A stretch of DNA of 64,000 bases, taken from contig RHPI01003020.1 in NCBI GenBank assembly GCA_009103225.1, positions 1-64,000 of the forward strand, written 5' to 3'. The DNA is from Chlorokybus atmophyticus (lineage: Eukaryota; Plantae; Mesostigma and Chlorokybus algae). Numbering within the stretch: position 1 is the first letter of the stretch; every line of letters starts with the position of its first letter. Shown in pieces: positions 42,204 to 53,545 of the stretch. The translations under genes were made by a program, and so were the position numbers. The notes beneath the pieces are model-generated. The model saw only the letters and a program-made list of their open reading frames with translations, made no database searches and was not told the origin of the DNA.

Positions 42204-44246
42204 TGTTAAAGGTATTACATGGGTGATGCTTGTATCCGGTCAGCTTGCCCTTCATACAGAAGTCGAGGGTCGAAGGTACCATGAAGAAGCGCGTGGACTC
42301 TAGAATTAGCAAGTCGGTCGAGTCATGACGGACTCTGGACCAGGCTGCTTGGTAGAGCCTTGGGAGAAATCGCGTAGCTTCGTGGACACGTAAGCTTAGC
42401 AGGCGTGGCTTAGCTTGCTGGAAAGCTAGTTGTGAGCTAGACAGCGTAGCTTACAGAACAGCAATCGGCGGAGTATAGCGCACGCGATGCTTGCCAATGT
42501 AGACGTGTGTAGGGACTGGCGGGGTATAAAGCCCAGACTTGTTGCAATGAAGATAAGAGGTCACGATGTAGCATGTGTGCGGATGCTATGGCGGCAGTAG
42601 CAGTCGTGCTCTTGTATTGATGTTGTTGGCGTGTCATTTGCACGTGTGTATGTCAACAGGTTATGGGCCCACACATGCTTGTGTAGGTTGATGGAGTGTG
42701 TTACAATTATATGTGTAGCTGTAGTTGCTTTGTGGTAGTGTGGGGTTGTGAGGTCTGCGAGCAGAGAGGGCAACCAACCAAGGCCACCACCATGGACGGC
42801 TCGAAGATCGCGATTGGACTACTGGACGTTGACAACTACAACACTTGGAGTGTAAAGATGGAGCTACTACTGGCCCACAAGGAGATGCGAAAGTACATGG
42901 ACCAAGAAGAGGAGATAATGGAGATCTTCTGGTGACTGAAGAAGAGTACGTGAAGTACTTGGAAGAGGAAGCGTTCTTGATACGTGGGAGCTAAAGATGT
43001 CAGCTCGTGTTGCTGAGAGTGCGAGGAATACTTGGTGAAGCGTGGTGAAGCGCTTTAAGGAATGCGAGAGGCAACCCGTGGTAAGCACATTGATGTGCTT
43101 GGTGGAAGGAAGGAGAGCAGATGGCAACCCTTAAGGTCGAGCACGGTGGAGTGTTTGATGGACCTTCCGAAAAGGGGAGCGAGGGCAGTCCTTGAGGAAG
43201 CACGGTAAAGTGCTTGGTACTTTGGTTGAAGCATGTGGAGTGCTTGGCTGAAGGTGCATGCGAGGAAGCGTGATGAGCATCCTGGAAGCGTGATCACTTG
43301 GCTGGACATGGAGCATCCTGGAGGCGTGAAGCTTGGAGGCTATACGCAGAAGCATGTTGACATGGACATGAAGATGGCCATGGTGTGTGCAAGGTTGCTG
43401 CATTGACAAGGGTGGTTGAGGATGGAGTTGCAAGATACCACAAGGTCATGAGCAACAAAGAGGCACAAGTAGGTTGCGATTGCGGAGTCCGTGGGAGCTG
43501 CAAGTGGTGGAAAGCAAGTTGACTAGAGGAGTCATAGGCTGATACCGAAGGCGGAGGCACTGTCAACAAGGACAGATGCAGCGGGTGCATGAAGGCAACA
43601 TGTATGTACAGCAAGGAGCAAGGTTGGTGGTCAACCATGAGGCTCGAGTTGCTGTGGAAGTGAATGACTACAAGGTCATCCATGTGAAGCATGGAGGCGT
43701 GAGAAAGAAGGTGAAGGCTTGCGTGAAAGCAAGCGATGTGCGTGAGTAATGGAGGCGCTTATGTTGAAGGACAAGCTGCCCACGTGGGAGTGTTGAAGGT
43801 ATTACATGGGTGATGCTTGTATCCGGTCAGCTTGCCCTTTATACAGGAGTCGAGGGTCGAAGGTACCAGGAAGAAGCGCGTGGACTCCAGACTAGCAAGA
43901 CGGTCAAGTCATGACGGACTCCGGACCAGGCTGCTTGGTAGAGCCTTGGGAGAAATCACGTAGCTTCATGGATACGTAAGCTTAGCAGGCGTGGCTTAGC
44001 TTGCTGGAAAGCTCTGATTGTGAGCTAGATAGCGTGGCTTACAGAACAGCAATCGGCGGAGTATAGCGCACGCGGTGCTTGCCAATGTAGACGTGTGTAG
44101 AGACTAGCGGGGTATAAAGCCCAGACTTGTTGCAATGAAGATAAGAGGTCACGATGTAGCATGTGTGCGGATGCTATGGCGGCAGTAGCAGTCATGCTCT
44201 TGGGCTGATGTTGTTGGCGTGTCACTTGCACGTGTGTATGTTAACA
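42204..44246 (+). mobile_element. Copia D: internally deleted (non-autonomous) LTR element
   Basis: LTRs 42204-42658 and 43791-44246, PBS GGTTATGGGCCCA at 42659, perfect TSD CGAGC. The 1.1-kb interior has only a gag N-terminal stub (LDVDNYNTWSVKMELLL), an RNase H-end stub (RGKHIDV) and repetitive 3' sequence. Confidence 0.9.
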
Positions 44247-44745
44247 CGAGCAACAACGGTGCTGGAGGTCGGAGTGGTCAATGGCAGATGGGAAGCCTAC
44301 ATGGCAGGGATCTCAAGGGTTCCCACCATCACCCACGACATAAGAGCGCGGCTCCTGCGCGCAGTGTATTCACAGCCCATGCCTCAGAATGACTGTTGGA
44401 GTGACGTGGTCAACAGCCCAACAGCCACATGGGAAGATACACTGGTCAGGGAGGCAGCTCATGCAGTACGCTAAACTTATGTGGAAAAGCAGGCTGCACG
44501 GGAGGCGCGCCCACAAACACCTGGTTCTCCAGGGTTTACCCAACAGCCACTGGCTACTCCGCCAGAAATAACCCCAGCCACACAGAGGCGCAATCCCCCT
44601 TGCGCCACAACCTGGGCATCCACAGGCAGCACCGCTAGCACCTAGGCCACAGCGTGTTTATCAACGGCCAAGACAAGGACGGTTTGGGCCAGACCGCGGT
44701 CAAAGAGGTTCTCACGACCTAGCTGGTCGAGGGGCGCTTGCCGCA

Positions 44746-45414
44746 TTGTGCTCGATACCACCGGAAGAGACTGCAGCAGCAGTCACCCCACGCACATGCT
44801 ATCGACGATTCAAGCGGCTGCGCATCCACGCGAACGCAGCCATTATCGCCAACCAAGGCAAGCATGTTACTATTAATGGACGAGCACCCAAGCGGGTGAT
44901 GCTAGACTCTGGAGCCCAGCCTGTCATCATCAAATGTTACCTCGCACGTGACCTTAGCATCACCAGCGCTGAGCTAATATCGTGCCCATACGTGCTCGAC
45001 ACAGCAACTGGCACCAGTAACCAGGTGATTGGCATCACCAAGCAAGCCCTCTGCATTCGCTTGACAGGAGTGCACCCGTCCCACAGCACCAAGGTCATAC
45101 AGGAGTGTGTGGTCACCGACGCAGGATCCTTCGACCTGTTGTTGGGACGAGACTTTAACTTCCCTGTTGGTATGGGGCTGGACTGCTGGACAGAGAAGGC
45201 GTGGTTTTGTCCTCATTGGGATCAGGAGGATGGAGAGGTTCAAGTATATTTGCCTCTCGAGCTGGTGGCTCGCGCTCGCTCCCATCGGAGGTTACCTGCA
45301 ACAGCCACCAATAGGTTGTTGTCGTCAACTACTAACAGGTCAACTGCGACAGCCACCCACAGGTTGAGTTCGACAACCATACAGATCATCTGCGATGGTC
45401 ACCCACAACTCTAA
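44746..45414 (+). pseudogene. Gypsy aspartic protease domain
   Basis: RVMLDSGAQPVII active-site motif and FDLLLGRDF flap/C-terminal motif. Confidence 0.8.
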
Positions 45415-45646
45415 CCAAGACTCACCTATCCCATACGACGAGTCTCAGAAAAATGCCACCGAATAAGTGGCCCACCAGAAACCAGCACAACGCCGCTGGC
45501 GCGCACAGATGGTCGCACATCAACTACTGACCAGACCACGGCTCACATCATGGTTCCCTCTCTACAAGGACCAAGTTGCGGTCCAGGAGCAACACCAGGT
45601 GGCTACTGGAATAGTGGAGTTTCACGAATTTCGTCGACAACAAGGC

Positions 45647-45991
45647 ATCATCGTGTTGAAAGTACTTGGAGGAATAAGTAGTGGCCTCGCCGCTGTCCTC
45701 AACACCGGCGTGACGGTCACCAAGTACTTCTACTGTGACCCTGATCCACACGCACAAATTGCCCTGGGCCACCACCTGCGCCACCTACACAAATGCTACC
45801 CGCAGCGACTGCCGCTGTCGGCACTGCAAGGCAGTCTGAAGGCACTGCTACAAGACACTCATATTATCACTACCAATCACCTCCTGGCGGTGGGCAACAT
45901 CGACCTACTTATAGCAGGATGGGAGTGTCAAGGACACTCAAGAGCAGGCAGCGGCCAAGGACTCGCTGATCCTCGCTCACGATTGTTTTAG
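45647..45991 (+). pseudogene. Retrotransposon-borne C5-cytosine DNA methyltransferase, N-terminal part (motifs I-IV)
   Basis: Motif I IIVLKVLGGISSG (FxGxG-like), motif II YFYCDPD, motif III QDTHII, motif IV IDLLIAGWECQGHSRAGSGQGLADPRSRLF with the catalytic Cys at 45926-45928. Stop at 45989, then the Copia E insertion. Motifs VI-X are absent. Confidence 0.88.
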
Positions 45992-47159
45992 GAACTGATG
46001 CTGTTAATTAGAGATGCTGCATGCAACCATGCACAACAAGCATACACAGCACAGTGGTAAGAGCAGAGCTACACCGCCAGCAAAGTGACCAGAGAAGTGG
46101 ACTCACTCAATAACCCGCGGCCTGTCGGCTCTGGGCCCTCAGTCTGGGTCTTACCAAAGATCAGACAAGACTGTACCAGTCCTAACTGCCTGCAACCTAC
46201 ACATACAACTACAGTCTACGAGTAGCTTATCAAGTACCAGCTTAATAAGCTACAATCGGGCTAGCTAAGCTGACTGGATTATAGCATATAAGTGTTATAA
46301 TTCTAGCAGTTTTCTAAGCCACAATGCCTTTTTCGACGCTGCTGCAGAGGCCATGTACTGTTCTTGTAGTGGAAGCTGCCACTGTCGGTTGCAGCTTACT
46401 GTTCCAGTTAACCACTCCACCATTCAGCTTGAAGACATATCCAGTGGTTGACCTTCTGGTATCTAGGTCACCAGCATAATCCGCATCACAGTAGCCTTGC
46501 AACTCTTGGTTGCCCCGCCCATACTGGATGCCAAGTGTTGCTGTCCTTGACAAGTAGCGTAATACTCCTTTTGCTGCCAGCCAATGCTGCATTGTTGGAG
46601 CAGACATGTACCTTGCCAATTGTCCCACAGCATGTGCAATGTCGGGCCGAGACGCTATGGACAGGTAGAGAAGGCTCCCCATAAGCTCGCAGTAGGGATG
46701 CTTTGCCTTGTCCAGCTCTTCATTACTGTCCAGTGCTCTCACCAACTGAACTCCCACGCTCAGTGGCACCTTTCTGACAATTGCGTTGTCAAGACCAAAC
46801 TTTGTCACCAACTGCTTCACCGCTTGCTCTTGCGAAATGGTGATGGTTCCAGCAGCTCTTGTTCTAGCGACAACCATACTCAAGAAGTATGTTGTCTCGC
46901 CCAAAACTCTGCACTCAAACACAGCCTGCAGCTTGGTCTTCACTCGCTGCACCCCTGACATTCCTGACGCTGCAATCAGAATGTCGTCCACATACACTAA
47001 CAGCCACACTTGCTTGCTCTCGTGGTAAAACAAGCTCGGATCTGCCAAACTTGCAGTAAACCCCTGCTTCGAGAGCTCCTTGCTCAGTTTTGCACGCCAC
47101 ACCCGTGGTGCCTGCTTCAAGCCATGCAATGCCTTCGCCAATCTGCATGTTGTACCAGG

Positions 47160-47628
47160 TGTTGAGATTCGGACACTACTGACCATGCATGGAGTTGGTG
47201 CAAGCACAAGTACACACACTCTACCAGAGCATACACACAAGGCTGATCCAAAAGGCTTTCTAAGGATTACAACAAAGTCACACCGCGGGCTTTTATACCC
47301 GCCAGTTCTGCACCTGTCTACTCTAGAAGCCACCACGACTTCTACACTCAACCAATTCCTGCGCTCTAAGTTGCACCACGTAGCTACTTTCAAGAGCTTT
47401 CCAACAAGCTATGACACACGCCATACAATGACGTAACCACCGAGCTACAACGTTTCTTCTACAGCGCCTGGAAGTCTCCGGACTCCGGACTCGACTCCGC
47501 GCCTGGAACCTTCTCGACTGAAGTCCTCGCCTGGATCTTTCTCGACTGGAACCTTCTCGCGCCTGAATCTTCTCGCGGCTACTCTTATCCACAGGGCAAG
47601 CTGACCGGATACAAGAATATCCTCAACA
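47160..47628 (-). mobile_element. Solo LTR inserted in Copia E RT
   Basis: TGTTG...CAACA ends and perfect TSD CCAGG. Removing it rejoins the RT (YQEGPPG|TTCRLAKALHGLKQAPR). Confidence 0.92.
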
Positions 47629-49096
47629 CCAGGTGGCCCCTCCTGATACCCTCTTGGTTGCTGAATGTAGATTCTCTCTTCCAGCTCCCCATACAAAAAT
47701 GCCGTCTTGACATCCCAAGTGATGGAACTCAAGGTTGTCTGCTGACACAACTGCCACCATAGCTCTGAAGGTTGCCAACTTCCCCGCCGGTGCAAACACC
47801 TTATTGAAGTCAACTCCTTCTTGCTGCAGAAACCCTTTGGCAACCAATCTGGCCTTGTACCATTTGATATTACCATTGCGGTCCCTCTTCACCTTAAACA
47901 CCCACTTGACAGGATTAGGCTTGACCCCTGCAGGTGAAACTTTCATTTCCTATGTTGCATTGGCATGCAGCGAGGCTATCTTCTCATCCATTGCCTGACG
48001 CCAACTGTCTGCATCAGTCGTCAGGAGTGCTTCTTCATATGTCGCTGACTCCACACTCTGTGAATCTGAGCCCGCCATATAGCCAAACTCCTTATGGAAA
48101 TGAACAGGACCCTTCCTGTCGTGCCCAGGATAATGCCCCCTACCTTGCTGTTGGTTTTGCTGCTGCTGATGACTCCTCTCAGCTCTGCGCGCAGCGCTGC
48201 TTACTTTCTTAGAGCTGAGCTCCCTTTCTAAATCAGCGCTGCTCACTGTCCACCAAATATAAAACAGCTGAACTAGACTCTGGCTGTTGTTGATCATCAT
48301 CAGTGTCTTTATCTTCTGATGAATCGCTATTACTAATCTCCTGCAGCTGCCGTGCTCCCACGGCTTAATGGAATACAACTTTTCTGCTGATCACAATCTT
48401 CTGTGTATCCTCCAGCAGCACCTTATAAGCGTTAGAGTCTGGCTCATAGCTAACGAAGACACCTTCCTTGCTGACCGGGTCTAGCTTCTTCCTTTGCTGC
48501 TTGGGTGTCAACACATATGCAGTGCAGCCAAACACTCGCATGTTGCTAACGTCTGGAGCCTTTAAGAAGAACAGCTCCCACGGAGTCTTCGCTTGAGCAC
48601 GCACTGGCAATCTATTCTTGATATAGTTGGCTGTCAAGACCGCTTCTGCCCACCAGCAGTACTCAAACTTTGCATTACTCATCATGGCCCTCACTCTTTC
48701 CATCAAAGTCAAGATTTAGCCTCTCTGCTGCACCATTCTGCTGCGGTGTGCACTGGGCGTTTGTCTGATGCACAATGCCTTGTGAAGACCAGAATGCAGC
48801 TCCTTGATCAGGTACTCCCCTCCTCTGTCACATCTGACTGTGTTCACAGATTTACCAGACACATTCTTCAACCACAGTTCAACCACCTCTTTCACCACAG
48901 CTGGGACATCTGACTTGAGCTTTACAGGACGCACCAATAACAGCTTGGAGAAGTCATTAAGGAAGGTGACAATGTAGGATGCTCCCCCCTTTGATGGCTC
49001 TGGTAACGGACCACACACATCTGTGTGCACCGACTGTCCAACATGCTCGCTGACGCTCTCGGACTTATGAAAAAGTTGCCTATGCATCTTGGACAG

Positions 49097-49628
49097 TGTT
49101 GAGATCCGGACTAGCCCACTCGGCTAGCCTCGCGCGAGGCTAGCCGAGTGGGCTAGTCCGGATTTCAACAAAAGGTGGGGCCCTGCGACCCGGCCGTTTT
49201 AAGGCCTGTTATTGTTCAATTCACCTCCCCCCGATGAAGAGCCCCTCGCGCGAGGCTAGCCGAGTGGGCTAGTCCGGATTTCAACAAAAGGTGCTGCCCT
49301 AGCGACCTGAGTTCAAGTCCCACCGGACGCACTGCAAAATGGCAGTGAGAGAGAGCCCGATTTTTGGCACTGCTCCATAATTCGGAGCGTCAAGTGAAGC
49401 CGCCGCAGTAGCTCGCGCGCTCGTTGTAAGACAGCCAGTGACGGAGGCTACCGCGCGCCAAGCACGCTTAGGGACAGGCCGCTGCTTGACGCGGGGGGAG
49501 GTGAATTGAACAATAAAAGGCCTTAAAACGGCCGGGTCGCAGGGCCCCACCTTTTGTTGAAATTCGGACTAGCCCACTCGGCTAGCCTCGCGCGGTGCTA
49601 GCCGAGTGGGCTAGTCCGGATCTCAACA
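49097..49628. mobile_element. Non-coding foldback element with 137-bp TIRs, palindromic 74-bp termini and 5-bp TSD
   Basis: TSD GACAG (49092-49096 / 49629-49633). TIRs 49097-49233 and 49492-49628; terminal palindromes 49097-49170 and 49555-49628. Confidence 0.9.
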
Positions 49629-51533
49629 GACAGCACACATGGCTCGCACAACACACCTCTGAACTGTTTGACATGCGCTTGCTCACATTGATGCCTCTTA
49701 CTAGATTTTCAGCCAACAGATGATGAAGGTTGTCATACCCAAGGTGTCCAAACCTTCGATGCTAAAGTTCAGCTGACTTAGGGACTGTCGCCACCAGTGC
49801 CTTGTTGGTCTCAGCTTTTTCTATCAGGTAGAGCCTGTCCTGCTGTTCCCTCGTGATGAGACACACCTTGCCATCAACACGCAGACAGACCTCTGCTCCT
49901 TTTCCTGATAGATCAGCTCCAGCCTTCAACGCAACCTTCATGGAGAAGAGGCTAGCCTGTGCACGTAGGACATGAAGAACCTTCTCCAGCTCCACCCTGT
50001 ACACACCTTCTCCCACCTTGCATTGAAGCACTGCCTGGCCTGTACCCGCTACCTCCAAGCTCCCACCCAACACCTCCACAGTGCGGGGACTTGTCTGCAC
50101 CTTGTAGTTCTGTAGCAGCCCAACATCCGGAGTAGGATGCTGCGTACAACCAGAATCGAACACCCACCCGGACATCTGTCTTTCTATGGATGCTGTGAAG
50201 GCAACTGCTCCACCCACTCCTCTCTGTCCACTCTATAAATTGCCCTTTGCTGATCTCAGCTGCTGACAATAACTCTTCCTGTGCCCAACTTGGTCGTAAT
50301 GGAAGCATTTCCCTTGAAAGGCTTCTTCTGCTTCTTCCAATCTCCACTCCTGTTGCCATTGTTGTTGTTGCTTGTACCAGCTCCTCCAGATGACTGCGCT
50401 CAAGCAGTGAACGCACTGAACTCTCCATCACCCTCGTTGCCTTTGATCCTTAATTCTGCCTTCAACAGGATTGGCAAAATCTCTTCGAAGAACATCTTAT
50501 GATTGGTACTGATACCCTCCAACATGATCACAACAATCTCAAACTCTCGTGGCAACCCTGACAACACATTCAAGCACAGATCATCCTCTGAGACTAAATC
50601 TCCTATAGAGGTCAAATCATTCTTGAGCTTTTGTGCACGTCCCAAATACTCTGTAACTGTCTCACTAGCAAGCTTCCTCATGTTGTTGAACGCTTGCTTG
50701 AGCTCAATCTTACAACCAACAGAGCGTGTAGAGAACATATTTTCCAAAGCTTCCCATGCATGCTTGGCATCAGACTGCATTTGTAGTAGTGGCCTATGAA
50801 ATGGCTCAACATGCATACTCATCAAAGCCAAAGCAAGCAAACTGCTTCGCATCCATGCAGACTCGTTACCAATTGGCGCACTCCCCTTTGGGTCAACGTA
50901 GTCCCACACCTCCTTGTAGATGAGCTTCATCTTTATCGCAAAGCTCCAGCTGGCGTAGTTGTCGTCTCCCAAAGGTTTGATGGTGAACTTCTCCTTCTCC
51001 AATCCAGCGGTTGTCATCCTGCTGTCTCCTGCTAGCTGAACTTCATCGCTGAACCCCACAGTCCTCCTGCTTGCTCGATGTACCTCTCAGACTCCCAGCT
51101 AACAGCTCCAACAACCTCACACACAGAGGAGAACACTCTCTCATAGTAGCTAGCTCTACACACGTAGATGTGGGCCCATAACCTGTTGACTAAAGATGCT
51201 GCATGCAACCATGCACAAAAAGCATACACAGCACAGTGGTAAGAGCTCAGCTACACCGTCAGCAAAGTTGCAAGAGAAGTGAACTCACTCAATAACTCGC
51301 GGTCTGTCGGCTCTGGGCCCTCAGTCTGGGTCCTACCAAAGATCAGACCAGACTGTACCAGTCCTAACTGCCTGCAGCCTATACATACAACTGCAGTCTA
51401 TGAGTAGCTTATTAAGTACCAGTTTAATAAACTACACTAGGGCTAGATAAGCTGACTGGACAATAGCACATAAGTGTCATATGCTACACATGTAGAGAAC
51501 ACTGCATAACATGCTATATTCTCCGCAAGGGGT

Positions 51534-53160
51534 TTGCTGGTACAGCACGATGAGAACAAGAAGGAGCGGGTGGTGTCGTATGCCAGCCGAAGCAACAACA
51601 GTGTTGAGGCCAGCTATAGCAGCTTCGAGGGGGAGTACCTCACTGCAGTGTGGGCTATCTCCTTCTTCAGAGTTTTCCTTTTTGGTCGACAATTCCAGCT
51701 GATCACCGATTATCAGCTACTCAAGTGGTTGATGACCAACCAACATCTGACAGGGAAACTTGGTCGCTGGGCCCTGTTGCTGCAGGAGTATGACTTCGAG
51801 ATCGACCACCGCACCGGCCTCACCAACCAGGACGCCGATGGCCTCAGTCGCAACCCTCACCGCAGTACCAACAATGCAACCGGAGCTCGGCACGAGCTCG
51901 GCCCCGCAGCAGCAGCTCCCACCGTGGCGGCCATGTTTGCTGTTGCCGCTGTACGGTCAGGGCGCCAGATCAACACCACCGCCACCTCAATGAAAGAGGA
52001 GATTTTTGCCCTTGAGTCTACCGGCCCCACAGTGACCACCCCCCCAGGGGATGTCTACGCGGTTAACATTGAAGTCGACGACACCGAGTTGGCACCCACC
52101 GACACCAGGCATGACATATGGCTGGACAAGCCATCACTCTCCTTCTTTCAAAGTGGCCAGCTTCCCTCCATGAGTGCACGAGAGAAAGATCGTGTCAGTC
52201 ACGCACCCGCCACTATGGATGGGCGGATGATAAGGTGTACCCCCGCGTTCAGGACGAGGACAAGGTGCCAACACCAGCCACACGCGAGGGCATAATTACT
52301 GCCCTCCACACTGAGCTTGGACACTTCGGCGTTAAGCGTACCGTCAGCCTGGTAAGAGCGCAATATTGGTGGTATAGGCTGTTCAAACAGGTGCAGGGGT
52401 TCGTTGGTCGCTGCCAACAATGTGACATGATACGCGCCAACCTCAACACACGCAGCGCCACCTTGCACCCTCTCCGCATCCCCATCTCCGGTCTGTTCTA
52501 TCACTCGGGACTTAACATCTTGGGAGACTTGGCACCCTCGGCACGGGCAACCGCTACATCCTGGTCACAATCCAGCACTTCTGAAAATGGGTGGAGCTGG
52601 TGTCATTACCCGACAAGAGCATCAAGGGGGTGTCTCAAGCCTTCCTCTCCCATGTCCTCAGCCGGTTCGGCAGCTGCGCTGAGGTCATCACCGACTAGGG
52701 CACTGAATTCAAAGGGGAGTTCGACACGCTGCCGGACAGATGCTACATCGATCATCGCCGCACTTTGCGTGACCACCCTCAAGCCGACGGTCTCGCCGAG
52801 CGGACAATACAGACTATTAGGAAGGCACTCCGCAAGTACGTGCTGGAGTATCAGAAGAACACCTGGGACGACCACCTGCCGTGAGTGACTCTTGGATATC
52901 GATTGTCAAAGCAGGCGGCTCTGCGCGAGTACAGCCCATACTACCTGATGTTCGAACGTCCGCCATTGCTTCTTTTTTGTGCACAGCAGGAAATAGACCA
53001 TGTCGTGCACAACCTCAACGATCCCGATTGGATGCACCACGACATTATCACACGCGCCACTCTGTTCGAGCACACCGTCCCAATGGCCTTTAACAACCTG
53101 CGCATTGCACAGCACCGCGACACCTTGCGCTACGAGCGTGTGCGGAGCGGCTTCTAAAAG
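51534..53160 (+). pseudogene. Gypsy RNase H and integrase (frameshifted)
   Basis: ERVVSYASR...FEGEY..VWAI..FRVFLFGRQFQLITD..LKWL...GKLGRWALLLQEYDF (Ty3 RNase H). LHTELGHFGVKRT...CQQC (zf-H2C2). Core VITD*GTEFKGEF...HPQADGLAERTIQT...YSPYYLMFER. Confidence 0.9.
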
Positions 53161-53410
53161 GAGCATCAACGGCGGTTTCAAGCAGGGGACTTTGCGTACC
53201 GCATGGCAGCCACCAAGGACACGCTCAACACCTCCGTGGGCCGCACCGTCCACAAGGTACTCAAGGTGTACCCCACAGGAGTGCAGGACCTCTTTGGTCA
53301 GAATGGCGAGAGGGTTGAAAGGTAACATGGTGAACTGCGCGCCATGTCACCTTCTTTAAATAGCGGGCTTCGCCCACATCTAGCACCCTCGCCCCGCCCG
53401 CAGCACACGC

Positions 53411-53545
53411 TATGAACGCTGTGGCAGTGCGGGCGACAACGCACTGATGATGCTTTGCGATGGCTGCAACAAGGGCCTGCATTGCTACTGTTTGGAGCCC
53501 CCATTGAACGTAATACCCATGGAGGAGTACTGGTGCGACGATTGC
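53411..53545 (+). pseudogene. PHD finger at the C-terminus of Gypsy pol
   Basis: (Y)ERCGSAGDNALMMLCDGCNKGLHCYCLEPPLNVIPMEEYWCDDC fits the C4HC3 pattern with the first Cys changed (TAT for TGT). Same frame as the post-integrase NCAPCHL segment. Confidence 0.88.

Larger units (their letters stand above)
46002..51511 (-). mobile_element. Ty1/Copia element E (degenerate), host to a solo LTR and the foldback element
   Basis: LTRs 51184 to about 51511 (5', end uncertain) and 46002 to about 46310 (3', truncated). PBS GGTTATGGGCCCA at 51171-51183 (rc). gag 50400-51059, PR WVFDSGCTQH, IN (VRCDRGGEY), RT (KPNPVKWVFK, LLVYVDDILI), RNase H start (GYCDADYAG). Confidence 0.88.

Noticed and set aside
45467-45991. 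Bacterial restriction-modification methyltransferase or contamination
   Set aside because: It is flanked by retroviral protease and RNase H/integrase, nested with eukaryotic Copia elements, and has no cognate endonuclease or operon context.
49097-49628. TRIM with 74-bp palindromic LTRs, or a CRISPR-like array
   Set aside because: Diagnostic bases show the ends are inverted copies and the inversion extends 137 bp. No PBS/PPT is evident and there is no repeat-spacer periodicity.
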